Source: Macrostomum hystrix (lineage: Eukaryota > Animalia > Platyhelminthes). From it: a DNA stretch of 64,000 nt. Below the pieces are notes generated by a model. The model did no database searches. It saw nothing but the letters and a program-made list of their open reading frames with translations, and was not told the DNA's origin. Below are positions 10,839 to 23,200 of the stretch, piece after piece. Position numbers and translations under genes: made by a program. How positions within the stretch are numbered: position 1 is the first letter of the stretch; each line of letters opens with the position of its first letter. The stretch lies in assembly GCA_950097015.1 (NCBI GenBank), contig CATNEN010000037.1, forward strand, positions 2,728,001 to 2,792,000, given 5' to 3'.

Positions 10839-12398
10839 TCACTCAGCCAGCGGCTCCTCGAGGTACACCCGGCGACCGGCCTTCTTCTCGACCGTGTCTA
10901 GAGCGTCGACTCCGTCCAGCCAGGGATTCTTCTTCTCCATCTAAAAGAGAAATTGTTCTGGTTTGCATCTGCGAAAACTGACCCAAGATTTCCCACTCTG
11001 TTCTCACCAATCTCCCAAAATATTCCCCAACTCTCTACTCACTAATCTTCCCAGAGATTCCCCCACTCTGTTCTCATCAATCTTCCCTGAGATTTCCCCA
11101 CTCTGTTCTCAGCAATCTTCCCTGAGATTTCCCCACTCTGTTCTCATCAATCTCCCCTGAGATTTCCCCACTCTGTTCTCATCAATCTCCCCTGAGATTT
11201 CCCCACTTTATTCTCCCCACTTTGTTCCTGAGATTCCACCACTCTGTTCTCACCAATCTCCCCTGAGATTTCCCCACTTTGTTCTCCCCACTTTGTTCCT
11301 GAGATTCCACCACTCTGTTCTCACCAATCTCCCCGAGATTCCCCTGCATTTTCCCATCCGAAATCCCCAAAGCAAGCCAGGCAGCACTGACCACACGGCT
11401 CTGGAAGTTAGCCCGCACGCCTCGCTTGCTGACTGAGTATCTCGGCGACTTCTTGGCGTCCAGTTTGTCGCGCTTGTTGCCCAGCAGGAATGGATTGAGG
11501 TGGCCGCCCATCTGCAATTCAGCGGTGGGAGGTGGTGAATTAATGAGAAGAGGTCGGGGGTTCGAATCTGGGCCTGAAATCCTTATTAAGATCAGTGCAT
11601 CAAATAGGTCATGATTTGCAATGACCCAGGGAAAGCAACCTAACTATAAATTCGGCTCACATTGGCGGCCTTCTTGGAGGTGACGCTAACAGTGCCAGCC
11701 GGGCACTCCATGTGCTCATTGTCGCAGGGGCACTGGCCGGTGGCCATCTTGTGCAGGGCGTCGTTGCGGTTGTACTCGGCCGTGTCGTGGACGGCGCTGT
11801 CGCATGGCGCTGCCAGCTTTGACCGGTCGATGCCAACTGGGCAGGGATTTGGCGGCTCGCAGTAGCTGGGCAGCGAGTCGGTGATGATCTTGGCCTTCTG
11901 CGGCTTATTCTGCGGCCCGGTCACCTGGCCGGGCTCACCGGCGCCGCCGCTGACCTTCTGGGCGCCCCAGATCTTGTTGAGGAAGGGCTCCTCCTCGCGC
12001 CGGGCTGGGATGTCAGGCGAGTCCGAATCGTCCAGTTGATGGCCGAGCAGTTCGTTGAGGTCACCGCGAGTCAGCCGGGGAGCCTCGGCGGCGCCAGTTC
12101 GCTCGAGCAGCTCCGACCAGTAGCGGTCGGCGTCGAAGCCGGTAGGATAGGCGTTGTCGTTGACGTAGTGCCGAGCCTGCAGATCGGTCACGTGACCGTT
12201 CAGCTCGTCCAGGAAGTTGCGCTGGCCCTCAGCCAGGCCGGACAAATAGTCCGAGTGCAGGCGCTGGTTGCGCTTTTCGATGCCGGCCAGGTAGTCACCG
12301 TAGTTGCCGCCGGCGCAGGCGGCCGGCACGATCAGGGCGGCTGCAGCCAGGAGCAGTGTCAGCAGCCCAACTGGGCTGGAATGGTTGAGCAGCTGCAT
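10839..12398 (-). CDS. SCG5: Neuroendocrine protein 7B2 (secretogranin V, PC2 chaperone/inhibitor); exons 12398-11661, 11511-11392, 10940-10839; about 319 aa
   Basis: Signal peptide MQLLNHSSPVGLLTLLLAAAALIVPAACA; family motifs GAQKVSGGAGE, LPSYCEPPNPCPVG, CPCDNEHMECP; CT-peptide motifs NPFLLGNKRDKLDAKK and NPWLDGVDALDTVEKK; phase-0 GT-AG junctions. The exon 2 donor position is less certain. Confidence 0.93.
10980..11345. repeat. Minisatellite, about 35-bp unit CCCTGAGATTTCCCCACTCTGTTCTCATCAATCTC, in 7B2 intron 2
   Basis: Period 35 measured 11085 to 11120. Confidence 0.9.
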
Positions 12399-13239
12399 TG
12401 CTGGGGGGATGAACAAGTGGCGGCACTCAGTGAGGAGGGAAAAGAGGCAACTGGCTTCGGCCGGTACCGCATTTATCTGCCCGACTCTCTGGATCGATGT
12501 TTTCTCCCATCCCCGGCCTCGCTCTCGCCCTCCTCTAACCCCTGCACTGATCCCGCACACTAATTTTGCTGGTTGCTATGGGCAACGCTCTAACACACAA
12601 ATTGTACACTTCAGAGTGCAGTGTTCGACGGATTTCAAGATGGAATGGATGCTCAGGCGGGGGGAGTACGATTATTGATTGCTTCGTATTGAGTACTCAG
12701 AAAGTGTACTCAATCAGCTAGGCTGTTGAGCTGCTTGGGATGTGGAAGCAGTTGGGACGAGAGGAGAGAGAAGGAGGGGATTGGAGTATTAGAAGCCTAG
12801 AGGGAGGCAGCGTTGCTTCTCTCTCCTCATCCCCATTCCATATATGGGCATAGGGATGCTGCTTACGTAGAAGAGACGTAGCATTGAGACAGGGGAATAG
12901 GCTAGGGGATATTTTTGGCACAAGCGCGGGCTAAGTGCACCTAGCTTGTTTGCCCAAGCAACAAAAGCAGCAGCAGCAAATATCCCGTTTTAATGCATAG
13001 TGTGTTAATACGGCATTTGAACATTTTGTAAGAAATGTGAGACAGCCGAGGTGTTGCCATCTTAGTGTGATAGGTTTTTCGCTAAATACAAACCATAAAC
13101 CTGTCGCTTTCGCTACGAAAAACTCTTGTCTCCGAGTCCCTTTATTTGACCTGCACTTTTAATCTTAATGAAGCATGGTTTAAAAATAGAGTTTTCGAGA
13201 TGAAATATATATTTTTGAATTTTCTGGATCTTTTATCGT

Positions 13240-13815
13240 GCAGTTCCGACACTTTTTACCATAGACAACAGCCTCCCACTGTTACCACAGACAGTATTTT
13301 GATATTCTTAAATCGAATGCCGTTCCGACACTTTTTACCATAGACAACAGCCTCCCACTGTTACCACTGACAGTTTTTCGATATTCTTAAATCGAATGCC
13401 GTTCCGACACTTTTTACCATAGACAACAGCCTCCCACTGTTTCCACTGACAGTATTTTGATAGTCTGAAACTAAACGCAGTTCCAACACTTTTTACCATA
13501 GACAGCAGCCTCCCACTGTTACCACTGACAGTATTTTGATAGTCTGAAATCGAATGCCGTTCCGACACTTTTTACCATAGACAACAGCCTCCCACTGTTA
13601 CCACTGACAGTTTTTCGATATTCTTAAACCGAATGCCGTTCCGACACTTTTTACCATAGACAACAGCCTCCCACTATTTCCACTGACAGTATTTTGATAG
13701 TCTGAAATTAAACGCAGTTCCGACACTTTTTACCATAGACAACAGCCTCCCACTGTTACCACAGACAGTATTTTGATAGTGTGAAATTAAACGCAGTTCC
13801 GACACTTTTTACCAT
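13240..13815. repeat. Minisatellite, 79-bp unit starting CCGACACTTTTTACCATAGACAACAGCCTCCCACTG, about 7 copies
   Basis: Period 79 measured 13246, 13325, 13404. Confidence 0.95.
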
Positions 13816-15129
13816 AGAAAGACCATTCACAGAAACAATACAAAATTTGCTTTGTCATCCCCAGCAGGACACAAAGAAGTGGCCTAGACTTAAAAAAGGA
13901 GTGCCACAGAAGCTTCACCAAGTCACAATTTCGGCTGTTGCTAACAAAAAATTAAAGCTTTAAAATGTGTATCGAATTAGAAAATTCGTTTGTATTTGTA
14001 TAGTTTTTTGTGTCTCACGTTTCCTAAACGGGCCACCAGGTTAGTCAATAACAAATCAATACTATATGTTATAGCGGTGAAAACGACTACAAGTTTAGTC
14101 CTAGAATGAAGCGGTGGAAATAATTAATTACGCAAATGGGACGCTATTAATAATATCAATCAAATAAGATTAATCAATATGCTAAGAAAACAAGCAAAGT
14201 TGGTAAAATATATTGTTTGAAAAAAAGATCAGTATAAACTTGTGTATTGGGGAAAACAACAGGAATGACTGCAAAATAGACTGCCTCGATCAATGTGATG
14301 GAACCAAAGCGGGTTGGAGGAAGCTGGAAAAATAGTAAATTGTTAATTCAGGAATTATAACAACAGTGAAGCGAATGCGCTTTTCATACTACTACTTTTC
14401 GTCGAGTCAGTAGTAACTATCTGGGAAAGCAATCGAGAAAAAAACAACAAAAATCGGTCTGAAAAAGGTGGTACTTTTTGCGTACAATCTTTAAAAAGAG
14501 AACAAGCTTAGCTAGTACAGTTGCGCTAATGGAAGCGAAGAGAGAAAAACTGAGAAAGCTAAATTCTGCCAGCAACGCGCTAAACAAAAAAAGTTTTTTT
14601 TTAAAATAAATTTAGTTTATAATAATCGGTAACAAAAATTAGCGTTGAGACAAAATTGTCAGGAATACATAAACATACATATATATTATTAGGTGAAAGC
14701 AAGTTAGTAATAAATAGATAGTGCCTTAGCGTTTGGATAATTGAAATAGCCGGCAACAGAGGCCCATACAACAGAGTAAATAATTAACGCGTGTCGTTGT
14801 TGTGATATGGAAACCCAACAGCAATTGAAGCAAAACAGAAGATACGGATTTTCTTACATTGTGGAGACACCCAATCTGGGCGACATTAATTTGATTTTAG
14901 AATAAGTGCATGCGTACCTTTATGCGGTAGCTTTTTTCTCGTACATTAAAAAGAACTAAATCTGCTGTGCACTTTACAGTAAAAGTACAAATACCGACCC
15001 AGTTTTTTAGAGTACGCATGTACTTAAAGAGTATAATAGTAAGAAAATTTCGATAAAACAAAGTGAGTAAATAAATAAACATGTAAAAGTTAACTCGACT
15101 CAAATCCGAGCAAACTCCGACCCAAATTT

Positions 15130-18100
15130 TCACTGTCCGCCGCTGAACATGGATCGAAGGCTCTGGGTGGCGCCCTGCTTCGGCAGCTCGCCTTTGTCCA
15201 ATCCGGCGCCGCCGGCCTCCCAGCGGGCGACGTCGGGCGGCGGCGGGGCCGGCTCGTTCTCCGACGATTCGTCGCGCGGCGGCGGCACAGACGACTCCGG
15301 GGTGTCGCCGGCAGCCGGGGAGGCGATCGCACCGACGGCTCCGGGCAGCCGGATGTTGTTGTTGACGGCGGAGGTTTCGCGGGCTCGCTGACGGAGGCGC
15401 TCGGAGGCCTCCGGATTGGGGGCCACCCGGCCGCCCTGAATCTCCTTGTCCTTCCACATCTGCAGCGCCGAGCGAGTGAAATTCGCCGGCGGCAGCTCGT
15501 CAGCCGGGTCAGGCTCGCCGGATCGGACAACGTCGGGCGGACGGTCGGCCGGGCGAGACTCGGACTCGGCAGAGTTGCGCACAGGTGCGGTGTAGTCAAA
15601 GTCCATGTTGGGCTCGGGCTGGTAGGGGCGGCGCTGGCCCTGGCCAATGGACTGCGGATTGGACAAAGGAATTGACTCAAAATTAGAGTATTTAGCTAAT
15701 ACGAGCTGGCTTGTAGCCTAGTGTTTCCGACTTGAAGGTCGGGAGTTCGATTCTCGACTCAAACGGAACATTTCGTATCCTTTAGCGAGACACTTCACCC
15801 AGCTGTTAAATGGTTATTAGTATTAGCTGGGGCAATCGAATGTGGGTGTGGCGTCCCCCCCAGTCCATGGACTGAACAGCCGTAGGCAGCCTTCAGATGC
15901 GCCGCGCTATAGCTGTCGGCTGCACATCTGGCCCGAGTGGGGCAGGTGTAATCGTCTACTATTATTAATTAACTAATACAGGTGTACTTTGTACTTAAAT
16001 GTACTTAAGAGTACTCCAAAAAAGGAAGTAGTAAACGAATTAAGGTGTACTTTTGCGGACTTTGCAGACACAAAAGCATGCTAAATAATAGTGCAGAGCT
16101 GAAAATTAAACATAAGTGGTATCAAATCTGGTAACATTATTGCATCAAGTAAAGTAATCATTGCTGTCAGCGCTGGCTGGTAAGCTGAAATCATGCAAGC
16201 CTAGCGGAATGCACACACATTCTGCAATACCAATTATAATATTCTATCAGGCAAGCAATGTGGCAGCAATATGCTGAATAAATTTAACAGCAAGCAGCAG
16301 ACTCAAGCTCAATCTGAAAATTGGTGCCTTCGCTGAGATTAGACAAGCAATGCTGCGCTTTTATTCCCGGACAGATTAGCAATCCATTATATTCCTTCAT
16401 CTATGGGATAGACTAGCAATCCATTCTGCTCCTTCATCCACGGGATAGACTAGCAATCCACTCTGTTCCTTCATCCACGGGATGGACTAGCAATCCACTC
16501 TGTTCCTTCATCCACGGGATGGACTAGCAATCCACTCTGTTCCTTCATCGATGGGATAGACTAGCAATCCACTCTGTTCCTTCATCCACGGGATAGACTA
16601 GCAATCCACTCTGTTCCTTCATCCACGGGATAGACTAGCAATCCACTCTGTTCCTTCATCCACGGGATAGACTAGCAATCCACTCTGTTCCTTCATCCAC
16701 GGGATAGACTAGCAATCCACTCTGTTCCTTCATCGATGGGATAGACTAGCAATCCATTCTGCTCCTTCATCCACGGGATAGACTAGCAATCCACTCTGTT
16801 CCTTCATCCACGGGATGGACTAGCAATCCACTCTGTTCCTTCATCCACGGGATGGACTAGCAATCCACTCTGTTCCTTCATCGATGGGATAGACTAGCAA
16901 TCCACTCTGTTCCTTCATCCACGGGATAGACTAGCAATCCACTCTGTTCCTTCATCCACGGGATGGACTAGCAATCCACTCTGTTCCTTCATCGATGGGA
17001 TAGACTAGCAATCCACTCTGTTCCTTCATCCACGGGATAGACTATCAATCCACTCTGTTCCTTCATCCACGGGATAGACTAGCAATCCACTCTGTTCCTT
17101 CATCGATGGGATAGACTAGCAATCCACTCTGTTCCTTCATCCACGGGATAGACTAGCAATCCACTCTGTTCCTTCATCCACGGGATAGACTAGCAATCCA
17201 CTCTGTTCCTTCATCGATGGGATAGACTAGCAATCCACTCTGTTCCTTCATCCACGGCATGGACTAGCAATCCACTCTGTTCCTTCATCCACGGCATGGA
17301 CTAGCAATCCACTCTGTTCCTTCATCCACGGGATGGACTAGCAATCCACTCTGTTCCTTCATCCACGGGATAGACTAGCAATCCACTCTGTTCCTTCATC
17401 CACGGGATAGACTAGCAATCCACTCTGTTCCTTCATCGATGGGATAGACTAGCAATCCACTCTGTTCCTTCATCCACGGGATAGACTAGCAATCCACTCT
17501 GTTCCTTCATCGATGGGATAGACTAGCAATCCATTCTGTTCCTTCATCGATGGGATAGACTAGCAATCCATTCTGCTCCTTCATCCACGGGATAGACTAG
17601 CAATCCATTCTGTTCCTTCATCCACGGGATGGACTAGCAATCCACTCTGTTCCTTCATCCACGGCATGGACTAGCAATCCACTCTGTTCCTTCATCCACG
17701 GGATAGACTAGCAATCCATTCTGTTCCTTCATCCACGGGATGGACTAGCAATCCACTCTGTTCCTTCATCCACGGGATGGACTAGCAATCCACTCTGTTC
17801 CTTCATCCACGGGATGGACTAGCAATCTACTCTGTTCCTTCATCCACGGGATGGACTAGCAATCCACTCTGTTCCTTCATCCACGGGATGGACTAGCAAT
17901 CCACTCTGTTCCTTCATCCACGGGATGGACTAGCAATCCACTCTGTTCCTTCATCCACGGGATAGACTAGCAATCCACTCTGTTCCTTCATCGATGGGAT
18001 GGACTAGCAATCCACTCTGTTCCTTCATCCACGGGATGGACTAGCAATCCACTCTGTTCCTTCATCGATGGGATAGACTAGCAATCCACTCTGTTCCTTC

Positions 18101-20234
18101 ATCCACGGGATGGACTAGCAATCTACTCTGTTCCTTCATCCACGGGATGGACTAGCAATCCACTCTGTTCCTTCATCCACGGGATGGACTAGCAATCCAC
18201 TCTGTTCCTTCATCCACGGGATGGACTAGCAATCCACTCTGTTCCTTCATCCACGGCATGGACTAGCAATCCACTCTGTTCCTTCATCCACGGGATAGAC
18301 TAGCAATCCACTCTGTTCCTTCATCCACGGGATGGACTAGCAATCCACTCTGTTCCTTCATCGATGGGATAGACTAGCAATCCACTCTGTTCCTTCATCC
18401 ACGGGATAGACTATCAATCCACTCTGTTCCTTCATCCACGGGATAGACTAGCAATCCACTCTGTTCCTTCATCGATGGGATAGACTAGCAATCCACTCTG
18501 TTCCTTCATCCACGGGATAGACTAGCAATCCACTCTGTTCCTTCATCCACGGGATAGACTAGCAATCCACTCTGTTCCTTCATCGATGGGATAGACTAGC
18601 AATCCACTCTGTTCCTTCATCCACGGCATGGACTAGCAATCCACTCTGTTCCTTCATCCACGGCATGGACTAGCAATCCACTCTGTTCCTTCATCCACGG
18701 GATGGACTAGCAATCCACTCTGTTCCTTCATCCACGGGATAGACTAGCAATCCACTCTGTTCCTTCATCCACGGGATAGACTAGCAATCCACTCTGTTCC
18801 TTCATCGATGGGATAGACTAGCAATCCACTCTGTTCCTTCATCCACGGGATAGACTAGCAATCCACTCTGTTCCTTCATCGATGGGATAGACTAGCAATC
18901 CATTCTGTTCCTTCATCGATGGGATAGACTAGCAATCCATTCTGCTCCTTCATCCACGGGATAGACTAGCAATCCATTCTGTTCCTTCATCCACGGGATG
19001 GACTAGCAATCCACTCTGTTCCTTCATCCACGGCATGGACTAGCAATCCACTCTGTTCCTTCATCCACGGGATAGACTAGCAATCCATTCTGTTCCTTCA
19101 TCCACGGGATGGACTAGCAATCCACTCTGTTCCTTCATCCACGGGATGGACTAGCAATCCACTCTGTTCCTTCATCCACGGGATGGACTAGCAATCTACT
19201 CTGTTCCTTCATCCACGGGATGGACTAGCAATCCACTCTGTTCCTTCATCCACGGGATGGACTAGCAATCCACTCTGTTCCTTCATCCACGGGATGGACT
19301 AGCAATCCACTCTGTTCCTTCATCCACGGGATAGACTAGCAATCCACTCTGTTCCTTCATCGATGGGATGGACTAGCAATCCACTCTGTTCCTTCATCCA
19401 CGGGATGGACTAGCAATCCACTCTGTTCCTTCATCGATGGGATAGACTAGCAATCCACTCTGTTCCTTCATCCACGGGATGGACTAGCAATCTACTCTGT
19501 TCCTTCATCCACGGGATGGACTAGCAATCCACTCTGTTCCTTCATCCACGGGATGGACTAGCAATCCACTCTGTTCCCTCATCCACGGCATGGACTAGCA
19601 ATCCACTCTGTTCCTTCATCCACGGGATGGACTAGCAATCCACTCTGTTCCTTCATCCACGGGATGGACTAGCAATCCACTCTGTTCCTTCATCCACGGC
19701 ATGGACTAGCAATCCACTCTGTTCCTTCATCCACGGGATGGACTAGCAATCCACTCTGTTCCCTAATCCGTGGGACTAGAGATATAGGGACAACACTCTA
19801 CACTAGTGAATCACAGGTGAGCGGCAGTGCGGCATTGAAATAAATCAACATCATGAAATATTTGGATAGTGAGGAGATAGTTCAGCAGCAGCAGCGGCAG
19901 CAGGCCAGTCTAACCTCAGTCAGCCTGGGTGAGGAGGCTCCGCTGGCGGGGCTGTGATAGGACTGCCGCCGGCTGTTTCCGTTCACCGCCAACAGGGAGG
20001 AAGCAGATGGGGTGCGCTCAAATGCAAGAGATTGCCGCTTTTTAATCTGCTGCTTTTTCTGCTGCTGCTGCTGCTGCTGCTGCTTGTGCTGCTCTTTGCT
20101 GCGCCAAATGCTAAGCAGAGCTTTGGCTGTGCCAGACTCAGGTCGAACGTCGTTACTATCTGATTCTCGAACAATATCATCAGTAGCGGCGGCAATGTTA
20201 TTTTGAATTTTCGGAGCCTGCTGCTCCTGGTTTG

Positions 20235-20267
<33 letters not shown>

Positions 20268-23200
20268 TCTGCCTCTGTATAGGCAACGAACTTTGCTGGG
20301 GCTTTGCCTGAGAAGTCCACTGCTGCAAGTTGTTCAGTAGTCCTTTTTTACCATTTCCGACCAGATAATATACTCACTAAGAACAGCTGTAGACTCAAAC
20401 TATATAGCAACTGCGCAGAAACTAATAGCAATATCATAAAATAGGAGAAGCAAAATTGGCTAAATATGAATACTTCGCAAAATTAAATTGTCAAATATTT
20501 ATTTCTCTACCACATAACTTACAAAAAATAAACTACACACTCATACAAACCTCCGGTCACTCCTATCAACCTCCGGTCACTCCTATCAACCTCCGGTCAC
20601 TCCTATCAACCTCCGGTCACTCCTATCAACCTCCGGTCACTCCTATCAACCTCCGGTCACTCCTATCAACCTCCGGTCACTCATATCAACCTCCGGTCAC
20701 TCATATCAACCTCCGGTCACTCATATAAACCTCCGGTCACTCCTATCAACCTCCGGTCACTCATATCAACCTCCGGTCACTCATATCAACCTCCGGTCAC
20801 TCCTATCAACCTCCGGTCACTCATATCAACCTCCGGTCACTCATATAAACCTCCGGTCACTCCTATCAACCTCCGGTCACTCCTATCAACCTCCGGTCAC
20901 TCATATCAACCTCCGGTCACTCTTATCAACTTCCAGTCACTCATATCAACTTCCGGTCACCCCTATCAACTTCCAGTCCCTCCTGTGAGTTTTCAGTCAC
21001 TTCTGCTAACTTAAAGATTTTAAACTCAAATTAAACAGCATACCAAGCAAATATTTTGAGCAGTTATTATACAGATAACAGATGAGGCTTGCGTTAATGA
21101 TAGCAACAACAAAAAATTAGGATTCATGGCTAAATAGCTAAAAAAAGCAAAAAGCCATGAATTTAAATAAAAGCAAAACAAAGTTACTAGGGAGCCCCTA
21201 GTATTAGATCTAGCAGAATGGCAGCTTCACGATAAATATTTCTAAGCATCATGCGCCACAACAGCAAAATATTATTTAATGTGTCTTTTAGTAGCCATTT
21301 AGATTGTAAAAAAACAAAAACAGAGACAGACAATTTAAATACAATATCTTACCCCCTTCACCCTAGCTGGCTGCTGCTGCTGCTGCTGCTGCTGCTGCGA
21401 GTCGTCCTTTGCCGGCGGCTGTCCGCCCATCTCCAGGCTGCGAAACATGGCCAGGACATTCTTGCTGGCCCCGGGCGGCGGCAGCTCGCCATCGGCCTGG
21501 CCGGCATCGCCGCTGCGGACAATATCCGCCTGCTGCTGCTGCTGCTGCTGTATTGCGGAGCCGTTTCTGTCGAACTGCGAAGGCTTAGCCGACGATGGCG
21601 ACGGTTGATGAACGCCGGCAGAAGGCGCAGTGACGACAACCTGGAAATCATAGACGAAGAAAATGCAAGTTAGGATCAAATACTTCAGTAGTAAAAATGC
21701 TGGTAACTTAAGTACATACTTTAATTCAGAGAGCAGATGTACTTGAAATCGAGAATGTACTTTAAAAGTAGAAATTTACTTTTAAAGTAAAAATTTACTT
21801 TATAAACAAATATGTACTTTAGATATAAACTTACATGAACTCTAGAGATACAGATAATTTTTTACTTTTACATTTACGAAGCAAAGTGAAAATGTACTTT
21901 TAAAGAACGAGTTCAAGTTTTAAATACTCGCTCTTATCTACTTAAATGTGAAAGTGATCAATGCGCAGAAACAATCGAGCTACCAATATTCGCTGCGTCA
22001 TCCAAAAAATGATGCAATCAATCATGCGCAATTGGACTTTTTATGTCCACCTCGAAGGAATTCTATTTGATTGTCATGCTAAACAACTAGCATTACTAAA
22101 TATTAGAAATCGGCAAAAAAAGGCGGAGAAAGAAACGGTGCCAGTAGGCAAAGCGGATTTGTACTTTTAGGCCGGCCACATTTGGCGAGCTGCGTCGCGG
22201 CTCCCGGCTCCAACTGGGTGCGGGGCTCGGGGCGGCGCGAGCGGCTGGTGCCGCCGCCGGTTCCACCGTCGGGGTCGAGGCCCGTCTAGGGCTCTGCTTG
22301 CTGCCTGGCACCGATAGTTGATGCTGCTGCCGCATGCAGACAAGTTGATCTTTTGCACACTATATTTGTTTTCCATTATTTCAACATAATCCATCATTTA
22401 GGACAATCCAAGTACACAGTTTATCATTTTTAGAGAATCCAAGCACCCAATCCATCATTTGTGAGAATCCAAGCACCCAATCCATCATTTGTGAGAATCC
22501 AAGCACATAATCCATCATTTGAGAGAATCCAAGAACCCAATCCATCATTTGTGAGAATCAAAGCACCCAATCCATCATTTGAAAGAATCCAAGTACCCAA
22601 TCCATCATTTGAGAGAATCTAAGTACCCAATCCATCATTTGAGAGAATCCAAGCACCCAATCCATCATTTGAGAAAATCCAAGTACCGAATCCATCATTT
22701 GAAAGAATCCAAGTACCCAATCCATCATTTGAGAGAATCCAAGCACCCAATCCATCATTTGAGAGAATCCAAGCACCCAATCCATCATTTGAGAGAATCC
22801 AAGCACCCAATTCATCATTTGTGAGAATCCAAGCACATAATCCATCATTTGTGAGAACCCAAGTACCCAATCCATCATTTGAGAGAATCCAAGCACCCAA
22901 TCCATCATTTGTGAGAATCCAAGCGCCCAATCCATCATTTGTGAGAACCCAAGCACTCAAGTCTCTCACCGAAGAATCGCCGGTTGATTCAAAGCGCGAC
23001 TTCAGATCGCTGAGCTTCTGCACCTGGGAAAGGCCGTCGTCAACTTGATTTTCACTGCCTAAAAAAATAAAAGTATGCAATAAAAGTAGACAGCTAGAAT
23101 TCAAAACACTACTAATGAGTAGGCAAGTAAAAATTCAGTTTTCATTTTGCTGAAACTTTAATGCCAGTAGGATAAAAAATAGCTAGGAAAACTCACCGAC

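Noticed and set aside
11550-11580. B-box-like GGTTCGAATC in 7B2 intron 1
   Set aside because: No A box, cloverleaf or SINE body around it
22558-23104. ORFs such as (LGFSQMMDWV)n near the LIM exons
   Set aside because: Read-through of a real 89-bp exon into the 30-bp intronic array; the donor at 22969 excludes the repeat
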